From the IMG/VR virus record IMGVR_UViG_3300035436_000036: 64,000 nt of DNA, one strand, 5' to 3'. This stretch comes from a virus. Position 1 is the stretch's first letter; every line of letters starts with the position of its first letter. The translations under genes were made by a program, and so were the position numbers. Shown piece by piece: positions 54,293 through 62,966 of this stretch. The notes below the pieces were generated by a model that was given only the letters and a program-made list of their open reading frames with translations, was not told the DNA's origin and did not search any database.

Positions 54293-54324
54293 GGGCAGGC
54301 TCGAAAGGGCCTGCCCTTTTTTTA
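54293..54324 (+). terminator. Rho-independent terminator (preceded by a second GC hairpin at ~54246-54283)
   Basis: GGGCAGGCTCGAAAGGGCCTGCCC + TTTTTTT. Confidence 0.8.
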
Positions 54325-54335
54325 TGGAGAAAGTG

Positions 54336-54794
54336 ATGGCTAATTGGTCAAAAAGAACGTCCAGTAAATCAGGGACATATTCAAGAACAACGAGAACAAC
54401 AAACAGTAAGGGTGGATCGACCCGCTCTATAAGTACGCGTGTAGGCTCGGGGCCGCGGACTACAGAATCTATTAAGCAACAGAATGGTAAGGTCACCATT
54501 CGTAGATACACAACCGAGTACAATCCTTCTTTGGGCACAAAGCGGACTCAGCAGACTGTGTATAACACCAAGGCGACAAAAACACCCAAGCCTAAGAAAC
54601 CAAGGAAGCCGAGAAAGGCAAGAGTATCCCGCTCTCGTAACAGCGCGATATCATTCACCTCAGCGCCTATACCGAGAGATTGGGAAAAGCATCCTCATGG
54701 TTCAAGGTGGGAAGATACTCACGTTTTCCCCGAGTGGTGTCACTGGATGTTCTGGGGACTCCTCGGTTACTTTGTCGTAAGCCTTGTAATATAG
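54336..54794 (+). CDS. Highly basic Ser/Thr/Arg/Lys-rich protein with C-terminal TM anchor
   Basis: Composition (TKTPKPKKPRKPRKARVSRSR), hydrophobic tail WMFWGLLGYFVVSLVI. Confidence 0.5.
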   Translation: MANWSKRTSSKSGTYSRTTRTTNSKGGSTRSISTRVGSGPRTTESIKQQNGKVTIRRYTTEYNPSLGTKRTQQTVYNTKATKTPKPKKPRKPRKARVSRSRNSAISFTSAPIPRDWEKHPHGSRWEDTHVFPEWCHWMFWGLLGYFVVSLVI

Positions 54795-54797
54795 TTG

Positions 54798-54837
54798 TTG
54801 ACCTTTTTATGAAAATAAGGGATAAGGGGGTATCAAT
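54798..54837 (+). promoter_or_regulatory. Early promoter cassette copy
   Basis: GTTGACCTTTTTATGAAAATAAGGGATAAGGGGGTATCAAT. Confidence 0.6.
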
Positions 54838-54850
54838 TACGGAGAAAATC

Positions 54851-55093
54851 ATGATAAAGCAAGTGACGACCGAAGAACTGGCTGGGGCTCTCAAGGGAAT
54901 CAGCATGGGACTGATTGAAAAAGAGAATCAGACCACAGATGAGATCTGCCTGGGCATTGAATTCTTCGAGCTGTGGGGCCTCGATGAGGGTGCCAATATT
55001 ATGTGGGACAAGCTCGGGGGTCGTGATGGGGCCAACAAGATTTACAAGAAGTGGCAGAAGGATGAAGCGAGACGGCGAACAAATAGTCGTTGA
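54851..55093 (+). CDS. Hypothetical early protein (80 aa)
   Basis: ATG 14 nt after promoter with GGAGAAAATC RBS. Confidence 0.45.
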   Translation: MIKQVTTEELAGALKGISMGLIEKENQTTDEICLGIEFFELWGLDEGANIMWDKLGGRDGANKIYKKWQKDEARRRTNSR

Positions 55094-55127
55094 CCTTTTT
55101 GTGAAAATAAGGGATAAGGGTATATAA
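55089..55127 (+). promoter_or_regulatory. Early promoter cassette copy (consensus form)
   Basis: CGTTGACCTTTTTGTGAAAATAAGGGATAAGGGTATATAATG. Confidence 0.65.
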
Positions 55128-55144
55128 TGAAAAAGGAAACAAAC

Positions 55145-55447
55145 ATGACAGCTTTCACGAAACAGAATTTGGTAATCAGTGGCGACTACGTCTTCTATCA
55201 GCCTCACGCTGACAACTACTGGGAAGATCGTCAGTTCGTTGCTCGCTTCAAGCATCGTGGTCCAGTCACGAAAGCTAAGTTCATTAAGACTCTCATCAAT
55301 CACTACTCACCCGAAACTTACTTCGCTCGTCTGGCTGGTGCTTTTAACCCTAAGGGCGAAGCTCCGCTGCAGATCCTCATGAACGATGACATTCTTGTCT
55401 TCGACAACGAAAACCGTAAGTTCATCCTCGACGGAAAGGTATTATAA
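55145..55447 (+). CDS. Hypothetical early protein (100 aa)
   Basis: Start placed after AAAGGAA RBS rather than ATG inside -10 box. Confidence 0.45.
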   Translation: MTAFTKQNLVISGDYVFYQPHADNYWEDRQFVARFKHRGPVTKAKFIKTLINHYSPETYFARLAGAFNPKGEAPLQILMNDDILVFDNENRKFILDGKVL

Positions 55448-55448
55448 T

Positions 55449-55664
55449 ATGGCTATTGATGTTAAAGAAGTTGGCTCGGTTTGGAGCCTCACGGATATGG
55501 AGTTCACCTCGTACGACGAAGGCGAAGAGCTGGTCTACACAGGCGTTTATGGATTGTTCACGACACGTGAAGGTGCAGAGCGCGCTAGTCGTTTGCTCTC
55601 CGAATCAGACTCCAATCTGCCACGTGGTAACTGGGTTATCGCAGAAGAGTATCTGTACGAATGA
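55449..55664 (+). CDS. Hypothetical early protein (71 aa)
   Basis: ORF. Confidence 0.4.
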   Translation: MAIDVKEVGSVWSLTDMEFTSYDEGEELVYTGVYGLFTTREGAERASRLLSESDSNLPRGNWVIAEEYLYE

Positions 55665-55668
55665 TCTG

Positions 55669-55705
55669 TTGACCTTTTTATGAAAATAAGGGATAAGGGT
55701 ATATC
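55669..55705 (+). promoter_or_regulatory. Early promoter cassette copy
   Basis: TGTTGACCTTTTTATGAAAATAAGGGATAAGGGTATATC. Confidence 0.65.
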
Positions 55706-55728
55706 AAAAGCAAACAAAGGAATTCAAA

Positions 55729-55911
55729 ATGAATCTTCGTAACCCAACCTACACATACAATTTTCAAACTTCACAGCCCCTTACAGAAGCTCAAATTGAA
55801 TGGCTTAATAACCAACTTTGGGACAACCTTCCTACCGAAAACGATCTCGAAGATATCCCAGAATGGACCACAGAAATCAAACTCGATAGCGTCGAAGAAG
55901 AAATCGATTAA
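55729..55911 (+). CDS. Hypothetical early protein (60 aa)
   Basis: ORF. Confidence 0.4.
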   Translation: MNLRNPTYTYNFQTSQPLTEAQIEWLNNQLWDNLPTENDLEDIPEWTTEIKLDSVEEEID

Positions 55912-55922
55912 TTGGAGTAATT

Positions 55923-56165
55923 ATGAATCTGTACTCAACTACTGCGCTGACTCCATTTCTTACCCAGGAGGCAATAGAATACCATAGACGTATGGAAGAA
56001 CTGTATGAAGAGATCAGTAATCGTGCCCGGAGAATGCGCCGTATGACATGGTCAGATCATGATTGGGATAATTGGGATCCAGCTGCGGAAGAGGCACGGA
56101 TCCGTGCTGAAGTACGGGCGCGGATGAAATGGGAAAGATGTAATCAGTCGTTGACCTTTTTGTGA
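55923..56165 (+). CDS. Hypothetical early protein (80 aa; Arg/Glu-rich)
   Basis: ORF. Confidence 0.4.
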   Translation: MNLYSTTALTPFLTQEAIEYHRRMEELYEEISNRARRMRRMTWSDHDWDNWDPAAEEARIRAEVRARMKWERCNQSLTFL

Positions 56166-56188
56166 AAAAGAGGGATAAGGGTATATAA
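56151..56188 (+). promoter_or_regulatory. Early promoter cassette copy (overlaps 3' end of upstream ORF)
   Basis: CGTTGACCTTTTTGTGAAAAAGAGGGATAAGGGTATATAATG. Confidence 0.65.
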
Positions 56189-56205
56189 TGAAAAAGGAAT
56201 TGAAA

Positions 56206-56439
56206 ATGACTGATGGTGAAATGACCCAATATCTTTTGGACACGGCTGATGTTCCCAAGGCAGCTCGGACCTCCTATGCTGCAGGATACTTTGAATCGAC
56301 TCTCCTGACTCTGATGGCTCAGTTTCCCGAGGTCCGCAAGGAGATCGAGTGGCGGGTCAATTACCGCCAGAATGAGATTGAAGTCAAAGAGTACAACGAG
56401 CGTGCCGATGCTCGGCGTGCAACGATGGAGATTGCATAA
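56206..56439 (+). CDS. Hypothetical early protein (77 aa)
   Basis: ORF after AAAGGAATTGAAA leader. Confidence 0.45.
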   Translation: MTDGEMTQYLLDTADVPKAARTSYAAGYFESTLLTLMAQFPEVRKEIEWRVNYRQNEIEVKEYNERADARRATMEIA

Positions 56440-56603
56440 TGTATAAGGCTGTATTGTTGAACGTAGGGGAAACGATCTACGAAGGTATGGATCAGCTCCA
56501 GGCTATCCTCAAGGCTCAGTTCGCTGGTTCGGAAGCGATCGTATACTCGCCGGACGGTGGTTCGATGATCTATGATCCTGCTTCTGGCTGGCGGCAGTTA
56601 TAA
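56439..56603 (+). CDS. Hypothetical small protein (54 aa)
   Basis: TAATG-coupled ORF not in track. Confidence 0.3.
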   Translation: MYKAVLLNVGETIYEGMDQLQAILKAQFAGSEAIVYSPDGGSMIYDPASGWRQL

Positions 56604-56615
56604 TTAAAATAACTG

Positions 56616-56652
56616 TTGACCTTTTCGTGAAAATATCGGATAAGGGTATATC
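56616..56652 (+). promoter_or_regulatory. Early promoter cassette copy
   Basis: CTGTTGACCTTTTCGTGAAAATATCGGATAAGGGTATATC + CAAGAGTGAAAAGGAAG leader. Confidence 0.65.
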
Positions 56653-56675
56653 AAGAGTGAAAAGGAAGATTTAAA

Positions 56676-56951
56676 ATGGCTTATCCTACAAATGTTCTAG
56701 TTGGTGACCGCGTTCGTTGGCAGTCGTGCGAAGGCACGAAGCGTGGTGAAGTGATGCAGATCTTTACTGCGATGGATTCGTATGGTGATGACATCGAATT
56801 CTATCACATCGCATACAGCGATGGTTTCAATGGAACTGCGATGGCTATGATCTCGGAAGATCGTCTCCATGAGATCGAATTCAAGGTCATCTTCCGTGAC
56901 TGGGAGCTTCAAGCTGCTCAGAACGACTATGAGCGTATGGTGGAGATGTGA
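56676..56951 (+). CDS. Hypothetical early protein (91 aa)
   Basis: ORF. Confidence 0.45.
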   Translation: MAYPTNVLVGDRVRWQSCEGTKRGEVMQIFTAMDSYGDDIEFYHIAYSDGFNGTAMAMISEDRLHEIEFKVIFRDWELQAAQNDYERMVEM

Positions 56952-57011
56952 GATAGAAATACCTAGTTGCCTTTATTCCTCAGCTAGGGTATAACTAGAA
57001 TATGGACAGGG

Positions 57012-57082
57012 TCACGAGTGACTTTTCGTAAATTGCTGAATTGCTATGTGAGTCGGCCCTGTCCATATTCCTTTTTTGGAGA
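57012..57082 (+). terminator. Long imperfect hairpin (ATATGGACAGGG ... CCCTGTCCATAT) followed by T-run; preceded by a second hairpin CCTAGTTG...CAGCTAGG (56964-56990)
   Basis: 12-bp inverted repeat separated by ~45 nt, then CCTTTTTTGG. Confidence 0.5.
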
Positions 57083-57087
57083 TTGTT

Positions 57088-57303
57088 ATGTATCAACGTG
57101 GTGGTAAAGTTTCGAAGCCGATTGGCGATGAGCGGATTAATCCGATGACTCTGATGCAGTTCGCGCGCGAATGCGCAGCGCAGCTTAATGGAGCTGGCGA
57201 AGAAGATGCAGCTCATTACTTCGAGCAGATTGTGGATCATCTGCGTTCTGGTAAGGGTCTGACTGCGGATCCTCGTAAAGTTTCCTCTATTCTAGGATTG
57301 TAA
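57088..57303 (+). CDS. Hypothetical protein (71 aa)
   Basis: ORF. Confidence 0.4.
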   Translation: MYQRGGKVSKPIGDERINPMTLMQFARECAAQLNGAGEEDAAHYFEQIVDHLRSGKGLTADPRKVSSILGL

Positions 57304-57304
57304 T

Positions 57305-57472
57305 ATGGATATTGCACAACAACTGGGACGCATTCATGATGCTCGAATGGCTATGATTCGAGCTCAGAATCCTAAGTTCCGAGAGCTATGGTTTAATGTG
57401 GCCAATAAGTTAGTCGACAGCCTGGGACCGGGTCAACCTTGGCTCCGTACATATGATGGGAAATTGAAATGA
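57305..57472 (+). CDS. Hypothetical protein (55 aa)
   Basis: ORF not in track; ATGA overlap with next gene. Confidence 0.3.
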   Translation: MDIAQQLGRIHDARMAMIRAQNPKFRELWFNVANKLVDSLGPGQPWLRTYDGKLK

Positions 57473-57873
57473 TTATTCAGAACGCAGTGACGTGTTTAGG
57501 ATGTGGAGACTTCATCGTCTCTAAGCATCGTCACGATTTTGTAACTTGCACCTGTGGCTCTATCTCGGTAGATGGTGGTCAGGCATACCTTCGTCGGGTC
57601 GGGGACTTTACAAACGCTGTCGATCATTCGTGGGAACTTCCTGACGAATTGTATCGGCAATGTGCCGATGCGGTAGAAGAGGCTATCGATACCAATCGTA
57701 ATAAGTTTGGTATTGCTAATGCTGTATTGCGGAGGCTTCGAGCAGTTGCGCGTATTGTGGCTGACGGTGAACAGCGTATTATAGCATGTAATACCGAGCA
57801 TGATGAGATCATGATCGAAGAAGCAGACGGCACGTTTAATCGTTATAGGAAGGTGACTGATGTCGTGGAATGA
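57469..57873 (+). CDS. Zinc-ribbon (CxxC...CxC) protein
   Basis: CLGCGD...CTCGS cysteine cluster. Confidence 0.45.
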   Translation: MIIQNAVTCLGCGDFIVSKHRHDFVTCTCGSISVDGGQAYLRRVGDFTNAVDHSWELPDELYRQCADAVEEAIDTNRNKFGIANAVLRRLRAVARIVADGEQRIIACNTEHDEIMIEEADGTFNRYRKVTDVVE

Positions 57874-58147
57874 TATCATCCCCGCTAGCATTTTAAGAGA
57901 AGGTACGAATATGAACCTCGAAGTCGAAGCCTACGAAGGTGAGCTTGAAATGCTCCGCCGCTGCTTTCAGCTTGTTAAGCATACGGGCCTGGCAGAGAAG
58001 ATGGGTGGCATCTACTTCATCTCTGGTGAGGGTGGCGAGAAGGATAAGAACAACCTTCCTGAACGAATCCATATCTGCCCTGCCTATGGTGTTGACTGGT
58101 TCCAGATCTACGAACGCACCGATAAAACTTTCGGTCCGGAGTGGTAA
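57860..58147 (+). CDS. Hypothetical protein (95 aa; alt start 57911)
   Basis: ORF. Confidence 0.4.
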   Translation: MSWNDIIPASILREGTNMNLEVEAYEGELEMLRRCFQLVKHTGLAEKMGGIYFISGEGGEKDKNNLPERIHICPAYGVDWFQIYERTDKTFGPEW

Positions 58148-58154
58148 AATAATT

Positions 58155-58184
58155 GTTGACTTTTTCGTGAGAATGATATAAATT
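58155..58184 (+). promoter_or_regulatory. Early promoter (TTGACT ... GATATAAAT)
   Basis: Diverged copy of cassette. Confidence 0.5.
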
Positions 58185-58209
58185 GTATTATAGATTGAAA
58201 GGAAGTCAA

Positions 58210-58374
58210 ATGAAGAAGCATATCGAACTTGAGAAGATCGCAGTCGCTAACGTACTTAGCGAGTTCACTGTGTCGAGCATTGCTCGTAACCCCGTTGAGG
58301 TTCACATACTGATTGCTCGTGCAAGTCAGTTGCTGCTTCAATCAGCAAAGACCCCTCGCAAGGTTGCTGCATAA
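58210..58374 (+). CDS. Hypothetical protein (54 aa)
   Basis: ATG after AAAGGAAGTCAA RBS. Confidence 0.35.
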   Translation: MKKHIELEKIAVANVLSEFTVSSIARNPVEVHILIARASQLLLQSAKTPRKVAA

Positions 58375-58397
58375 AATTTGTTTGTGAAAGATATATT

Positions 58398-59462
58398 ATG
58401 ACCTATTTTCTACGTTCTGGCAATACCTATCGTGTGACTGACGAGGCCGCTCTTGATCTCCATCAGCTGCTTCCTGCCGGTAACTACATTATCAAGCAGG
58501 ATCCTTTCGGGAATCTCTTCCTCGAGGAAACCGATAAGTTCAAGCCACTCTCAAAGTACTACGGGGATTGCTTGAAGCACTCTGAGCGAATCCATCGTAC
58601 TTTTGATGAACGCCCCTCGTCTACTGGTGTCATGCTGACTGGCGAGAAGGGTTCTGGTAAGACTCTGCTGGCTAAGCAGCTCTCGATCCTTGGCTATGAG
58701 CTTGGTATTCCTACCATTGTGATCAATCACGATTGGACAGGGGATGCTTTCAATAAGTTTCTTGCCGACATCGACCAGCCCTGCATCATTCTCTTTGACG
58801 AGTTTGAGAAGGTCTACGACAGCCACAAGCAGGAAGCTATCCTGACTCTGCTCGATGGTGTGTTTCCTTCGAAGAAGCTGTTTGTCCTGACTTGCAATGA
58901 CAAGTGGCGTATCGACCAGCATATGCGTAACCGTCCTGGTCGCATCTTCTACATGATCGACTTCAAAGGTCTTACCTCGGAGTTCATTATCGAATACTGT
59001 AACGATAATCTTGAGGATAAGTCGTACACCGATCAGATCACAAAGATCGCTACTCTGTTCACCGAGTTCAACTTCGATATGCTCAAGGCAATGGTTGAGG
59101 ATATGAATCGTTACGGCGAGAGTCCGCAGGAAGTTATGCAGCTGCTGAACGCCAAGCCCGAATATGATAATCGTGATCAGGCAAAGTTCAAGGTCGAGTT
59201 GGTTGATGAAACAGGTCAGCGCGTAGAAGAGAAGTATCTCTATACGAAGACGTGGAATCGCAATCCTCTGGCTAGCAACACCATCATGATTGAACTCGTC
59301 GATGATGATGAGAATGATGGCGCGATCTATAATTTCGATCAGTCCGAGCTGTTCAACGTCAACGGACAGACAGGCACGTTCGAATACCGAGCCAAGGACG
59401 GCTCGCGTCTCAAGCTGACTCGTGAGAAGCAGCAAACCTTTAACTACTTTGGAGCACTTTGA
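58398..59462 (+). CDS. AAA+/P-loop ATPase
   Basis: Walker A GEKGSGKT, Walker B IILFDEFEK. Confidence 0.55.
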   Translation: MTYFLRSGNTYRVTDEAALDLHQLLPAGNYIIKQDPFGNLFLEETDKFKPLSKYYGDCLKHSERIHRTFDERPSSTGVMLTGEKGSGKTLLAKQLSILGYELGIPTIVINHDWTGDAFNKFLADIDQPCIILFDEFEKVYDSHKQEAILTLLDGVFPSKKLFVLTCNDKWRIDQHMRNRPGRIFYMIDFKGLTSEFIIEYCNDNLEDKSYTDQITKIATLFTEFNFDMLKAMVEDMNRYGESPQEVMQLLNAKPEYDNRDQAKFKVELVDETGQRVEEKYLYTKTWNRNPLASNTIMIELVDDDENDGAIYNFDQSELFNVNGQTGTFEYRAKDGSRLKLTREKQQTFNYFGAL

Positions 59463-59463
59463 T

Positions 59464-59703
59464 ATGACTAAGATTTCTATTGATTTGGATTATGAAGTTA
59501 TCGATGAGATTGTTCAGGGTCAGCTAGTACGTAGTTGGGAAGCTCTCAAGGATGACCTTGGAGCTGGTCGTAACATCTTCGTCTGGGGCGTCTTCCTCGC
59601 GGATGATGTAGAGATCCAGAAACATCTAGATGCATTTGAGCTTTTGATCAAATGGTATTCAACTCCTGATCAGCTTCGTGAGCTGGGTCTCAAGGTCGAC
59701 TAA
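59464..59703 (+). CDS. Hypothetical protein (79 aa)
   Basis: ORF. Confidence 0.4.
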   Translation: MTKISIDLDYEVIDEIVQGQLVRSWEALKDDLGAGRNIFVWGVFLADDVEIQKHLDAFELLIKWYSTPDQLRELGLKVD

Positions 59704-59704
59704 A

Positions 59705-60256
59705 ATGAACATCTTCTACCTTGACGAAGATCCCAGGCAGTGTGCTGAGTGGATGGTCGACAAGCATGTAGTCAAGATGATTCTCGAAACGGCTCAACTA
59801 CTATCTACTGCTCATCGTCTGATTGATGGGGAAGAGGTGGTAGTTGAGCTGCGGCACAAAGATACAGGAAAGGTGAAGAAGAAAAGTGTGTGGATCCTGC
59901 CCGACGACCGCAATGACGTTATTTACGCTTGCACACACCGCAACCACCCCAGTGCTATATGGTGTCGAGAGTCAGTTGAAAACTACAACTGGTTGGTCGA
60001 CCATCTCCACGCTCTGGGACAAGAGTATACCTGCAGATATGGAAAGAAACATGCAACGATTGAGAAATGCTTTTATCAACTCCAATCCCCTCCTTTTGGG
60101 CTCCGTACTTGGGATTGGAGCAGCCCTCCTTCTGCAATGGATGGGTCTTATATAATCTCGGATGATCCGATTGTGAACTATCGTAACTATTACACTAAAG
60201 CTAAGGCCTATCTTAAGAGCTATAAGAATCGCCAGCCGCCGCCGTGGTGGCAGTAA
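59705..60256 (+). CDS. Hypothetical protein (183 aa)
   Basis: ORF; YLDEDPRQCAEWMVDKH N-terminus, no family assigned. Confidence 0.45.
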   Translation: MNIFYLDEDPRQCAEWMVDKHVVKMILETAQLLSTAHRLIDGEEVVVELRHKDTGKVKKKSVWILPDDRNDVIYACTHRNHPSAIWCRESVENYNWLVDHLHALGQEYTCRYGKKHATIEKCFYQLQSPPFGLRTWDWSSPPSAMDGSYIISDDPIVNYRNYYTKAKAYLKSYKNRQPPPWWQ

Positions 60257-60881
60257 TGGTTTTAATGTTATAATTTGACAACGGGGTAACACCCTTAATT
60301 ATATTAAGAGCTGTTGTTCTCGTAACTCCCAAATAACGTCCCAATTGGGACTTGCTCTTGAAGAGCATCGTCACACCATTTGTGAATGTGACAGCTATAG
60401 CTTCGCCCCTTCCTTCGCTAATCTTATCCTTAGTTTCCTCGGTATGGCGGTGGCGCCCACCTTTGATACGTGAATCAATACGTTTGGTAACGTGGTCAGG
60501 AGTCTGCTTTCTACCCTTCAGATAATTGAGTCCCATATGAGACTCTGATATTCTTCGCTTGGTTTCATCTGACAACGACTTGCCCAACCGGTGCTTATTT
60601 CCTATACCCCACCCCATCAAGCCGTCTTCGTCCTTAAGGTTGGCCCACTCCTTTGACTCTATAATATTATTAGATTTGGAGTAGCTGAGGGCGAACTCTG
60701 TGCACTCTTCTTGATTGTCGAACACCCATACTTCTAGAGTTTCTACAAACTCTTTGCCGTGTCTTTTAATATGACGAAGCCATTTGAGTCCTGACCCATT
60801 ATAGCTATACGGATCTCTAACAGTTTTACCGAAATATTTGAGTTTCGTGATTGAATGTTGTTTAACGTATAAGTAGATCAT
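60213..60881 (-). mobile_element. Freestanding GIY-YIG homing endonuclease on opposite strand, driven by late promoter TATAAATA (minus strand, + coords 60899-60906)
   Basis: MIYLYVKQHSITKLKYFGKT...YSYNGSG GIY-YIG motif; NUMOD-like ETKRRISESHMG / EETKDKISEG; start re-set to internal ATG with RBS AAGGAAAG. Confidence 0.8.
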
Positions 60882-60948
60882 GATCTTTCCTTGCTGCTTA
60901 TTTATAATTTTAACTACTACAAGCACGGTAAGAAAACACATAGGCTTT

Positions 60949-60980
60949 ATTTGAAACCGGCTTCGGCCGGTTTTCCTTTG
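60949..60980 (+). terminator. Stem-loop AAACCGGCTTCGGCCGGTTT + T-rich
   Basis: Perfect 7-bp GC stem with TTCG tetraloop. Confidence 0.45.
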
Positions 60981-61011
60981 TCTGATAAATAGACCATTAA
61001 CGTTAAACCGA

Positions 61012-62322
61012 GTGGGTACAATGGCTGTTTTAAGAACTACAGGAGCTGGGAGACTGAGTAAGTATACCTCGAGTCTACTTGGGGTAGTGACTAGCTCTAT
61101 GGAAAGCGGCGCGAAGCTCAGTTTTACAACCAGCAATAAGACCACTTCCTATGCTATTAAAAAGACTGCAGCTAACAAAAAAGCTCTAGAAGAGTACACC
61201 AAGCTAGCAGCCACAGCTTCAACTGAACCTAAAGCAAAATCAACTACTCTTGAAACAACAACAGGTGTTGACGTTCCGATAGGTAACCTTGAAAAGAAGC
61301 ATGTGAAGCCTGACGCCTTCAATAGAGGGGACGTATCGGAAGGACTACTCGCTGCAGCAATTACTGCGCGTTTCATAAACAAGAACAAAACTATAACAAA
61401 GCAAGATGCTATCAACGTTCTTAAAGCTCTCCGCCCCTCTGGTGGAACGAAGGTAGACCAGATATTTACATCTGAGAACCAGAACCCTGCAATTAAGGAT
61501 CGAGTACGAGTCGTGATATCTCTAGCCGAGATAAACATGAAGGCTTTGTTAAATCCTGCTAACCTTAACAGCCTTGGAGATCTGATTGTAGCCAGCGTCA
61601 AGTATGCGAACGGTCCATATATTACAGCGTGGTCAAAACTACTTTATGAAAATAACGTCCGTAATGACATCGATGTTGTATCTGACGGGTTGCTGGATCA
61701 AAGCGGAACCAAAGTTGACCTAAGAGTCAAGGTGGATGGCAATCAAACTAACGTGAACGTATCTTTGAAGGCTGGTGACGTCAAGCAGTTCGGCCAGGTG
61801 TCAGGATCCAAGTTAGAGAATATGGCCGCATTGTTCAATCCTCTCGGCTTAAGAGTCGAGACTCAGGAATCGAAATTCAATCAGTTTCTAATGAAGAAGG
61901 ATACGGTCGGGGCCACATCGTTGATCTACAACTACGTCTCGAAGACACTAGCGGCAGAAGCATCGAACAATAAAAACAGCTTTCTTAAACACCTGAGCGC
62001 ATTCATCAAGTTCCACGCTACGCGCGACGAAGAGAATGTTACGCTAGTCCAGCTTAATAGAAACGAAGCAAAGATTTACGATTTCGACAACCTACAGAAG
62101 ACGATGACAGACGTTGAGCCAACTGTGTTCATCAAGAATGGATACTCTGATGTAGCGAAGGCTCAGGTGCCAACCATCGTGATTGCTGACAAATCAAGAA
62201 CAGGTAAGAATGAGCTTCTCACTATCAGAATGAAAATTGATACCAGGCCCGATGGATTCTATCATAGAAACTACATCGAGAAGGGCGCTCTGCTGGGTGA
62301 TCTAATTGCCGAATATGCATAA
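61012..62322 (+). CDS. Hypothetical protein (436 aa)
   Basis: ORF; region SDGLLDQSGTKVDLRVK loosely resembles a PD-(D/E)xK nuclease core, unconfirmed. Confidence 0.5.
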   Translation: MGTMAVLRTTGAGRLSKYTSSLLGVVTSSMESGAKLSFTTSNKTTSYAIKKTAANKKALEEYTKLAATASTEPKAKSTTLETTTGVDVPIGNLEKKHVKPDAFNRGDVSEGLLAAAITARFINKNKTITKQDAINVLKALRPSGGTKVDQIFTSENQNPAIKDRVRVVISLAEINMKALLNPANLNSLGDLIVASVKYANGPYITAWSKLLYENNVRNDIDVVSDGLLDQSGTKVDLRVKVDGNQTNVNVSLKAGDVKQFGQVSGSKLENMAALFNPLGLRVETQESKFNQFLMKKDTVGATSLIYNYVSKTLAAEASNNKNSFLKHLSAFIKFHATRDEENVTLVQLNRNEAKIYDFDNLQKTMTDVEPTVFIKNGYSDVAKAQVPTIVIADKSRTGKNELLTIRMKIDTRPDGFYHRNYIEKGALLGDLIAEYA

Positions 62323-62328
62323 TAGCTG

Positions 62329-62358
62329 TTGACTTTTTATGAAAATGAGTCTATAAGG
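62329..62358 (+). promoter_or_regulatory. Early promoter (TTGACT ... TATAAG)
   Basis: GCTGTTGACTTTTTATGAAAATGAGTCTATAAGGGTAATATG. Confidence 0.55.
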
Positions 62359-62363
62359 GTAAT

Positions 62364-62966
62364 ATGATAAAGAAACGTTTTAAAGAATTCATCGGTTCAG
62401 GCACCCTCACGATATTCGATATCGATGAGACCCTGTTCCATACCAAAGCCAAAGTAGCTGTCGTCAAGGACGGAAAGGTTGTTCGCATGTTGGACAATCA
62501 GGAGTTCAATACGTACAAGCGCAAAGCTGGCGAAGAGTACGACTTCAAAGAGTTTCGTTCTGCTGAGGTGTTCCGTAAGACATCTACTCCTATCGCAAAC
62601 ATGATTGCAAAGGCTAAGGCAATCGTCAAAGCGAAAAAGAATCCTGCTAGTCGTGCTATCATCGTTACGGCTCGTGCAGACTTCGATGACAAGGAAATGT
62701 TCCTACAGACGTTCCGTGATCATGGTCTTCCTATTGATCAGATGCACGTTGAGCGCTCAGGCAGCCTCGGTATTGATTCTCCTGCAGAAGCCAAGAAGGT
62801 TGTCTTCCGGAAGTATCTAAATACAAAGAACTACACAAAGACTCGCCTTTATGATGACGCAATGTCGAACATTAAAGCGTTTCTGGAACTCCAAGCAGAG
62901 TATCCCAATATCGAATTCGAAGCTCAGTTTGTCAAGGCTGATGGCTCAATCAAGAGGATCAAATAA
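62364..62966 (+). CDS. HAD-family phosphatase (candidate detached polynucleotide 3'-phosphatase or dNMP phosphatase)
   Basis: DxDxT motif FDIDETL; IIVTARAD motif II; K; LYDDAMS motif IV resembling T4 Pnk phosphatase domain (FDVDGTL, VVVSGRE, IDDRT). Confidence 0.6.
   Translation: MIKKRFKEFIGSGTLTIFDIDETLFHTKAKVAVVKDGKVVRMLDNQEFNTYKRKAGEEYDFKEFRSAEVFRKTSTPIANMIAKAKAIVKAKKNPASRAIIVTARADFDDKEMFLQTFRDHGLPIDQMHVERSGSLGIDSPAEAKKVVFRKYLNTKNYTKTRLYDDAMSNIKAFLELQAEYPNIEFEAQFVKADGSIKRIK

Noticed and set aside
55127-56205. ORF-track starts at 55127 and 56188 (MKKE...)
   Set aside because: These ATGs lie inside the promoter -10 box (TATAATG); the downstream ATGs after the AAAGGAA RBS (55145, 56206) are more plausible starts
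54798-56652. Five near-identical ~40-bp repeats spaced 300-500 bp apart, which could superficially look like a CRISPR array or tandem repeat
   Set aside because: Spacing is gene-sized and each repeat has sigma70 -35/-10 geometry with an ORF immediately downstream; these are promoters, not CRISPR repeats
61012-61145. Original 310-aa extent of minus-strand ORF 60213-61145
   Set aside because: N-terminal 88 codons are hydrophobic/low-complexity and precede a perfect late promoter + RBS + ATG (MIYLY...) that starts the GIY-YIG domain; gene shortened to 60213-60881
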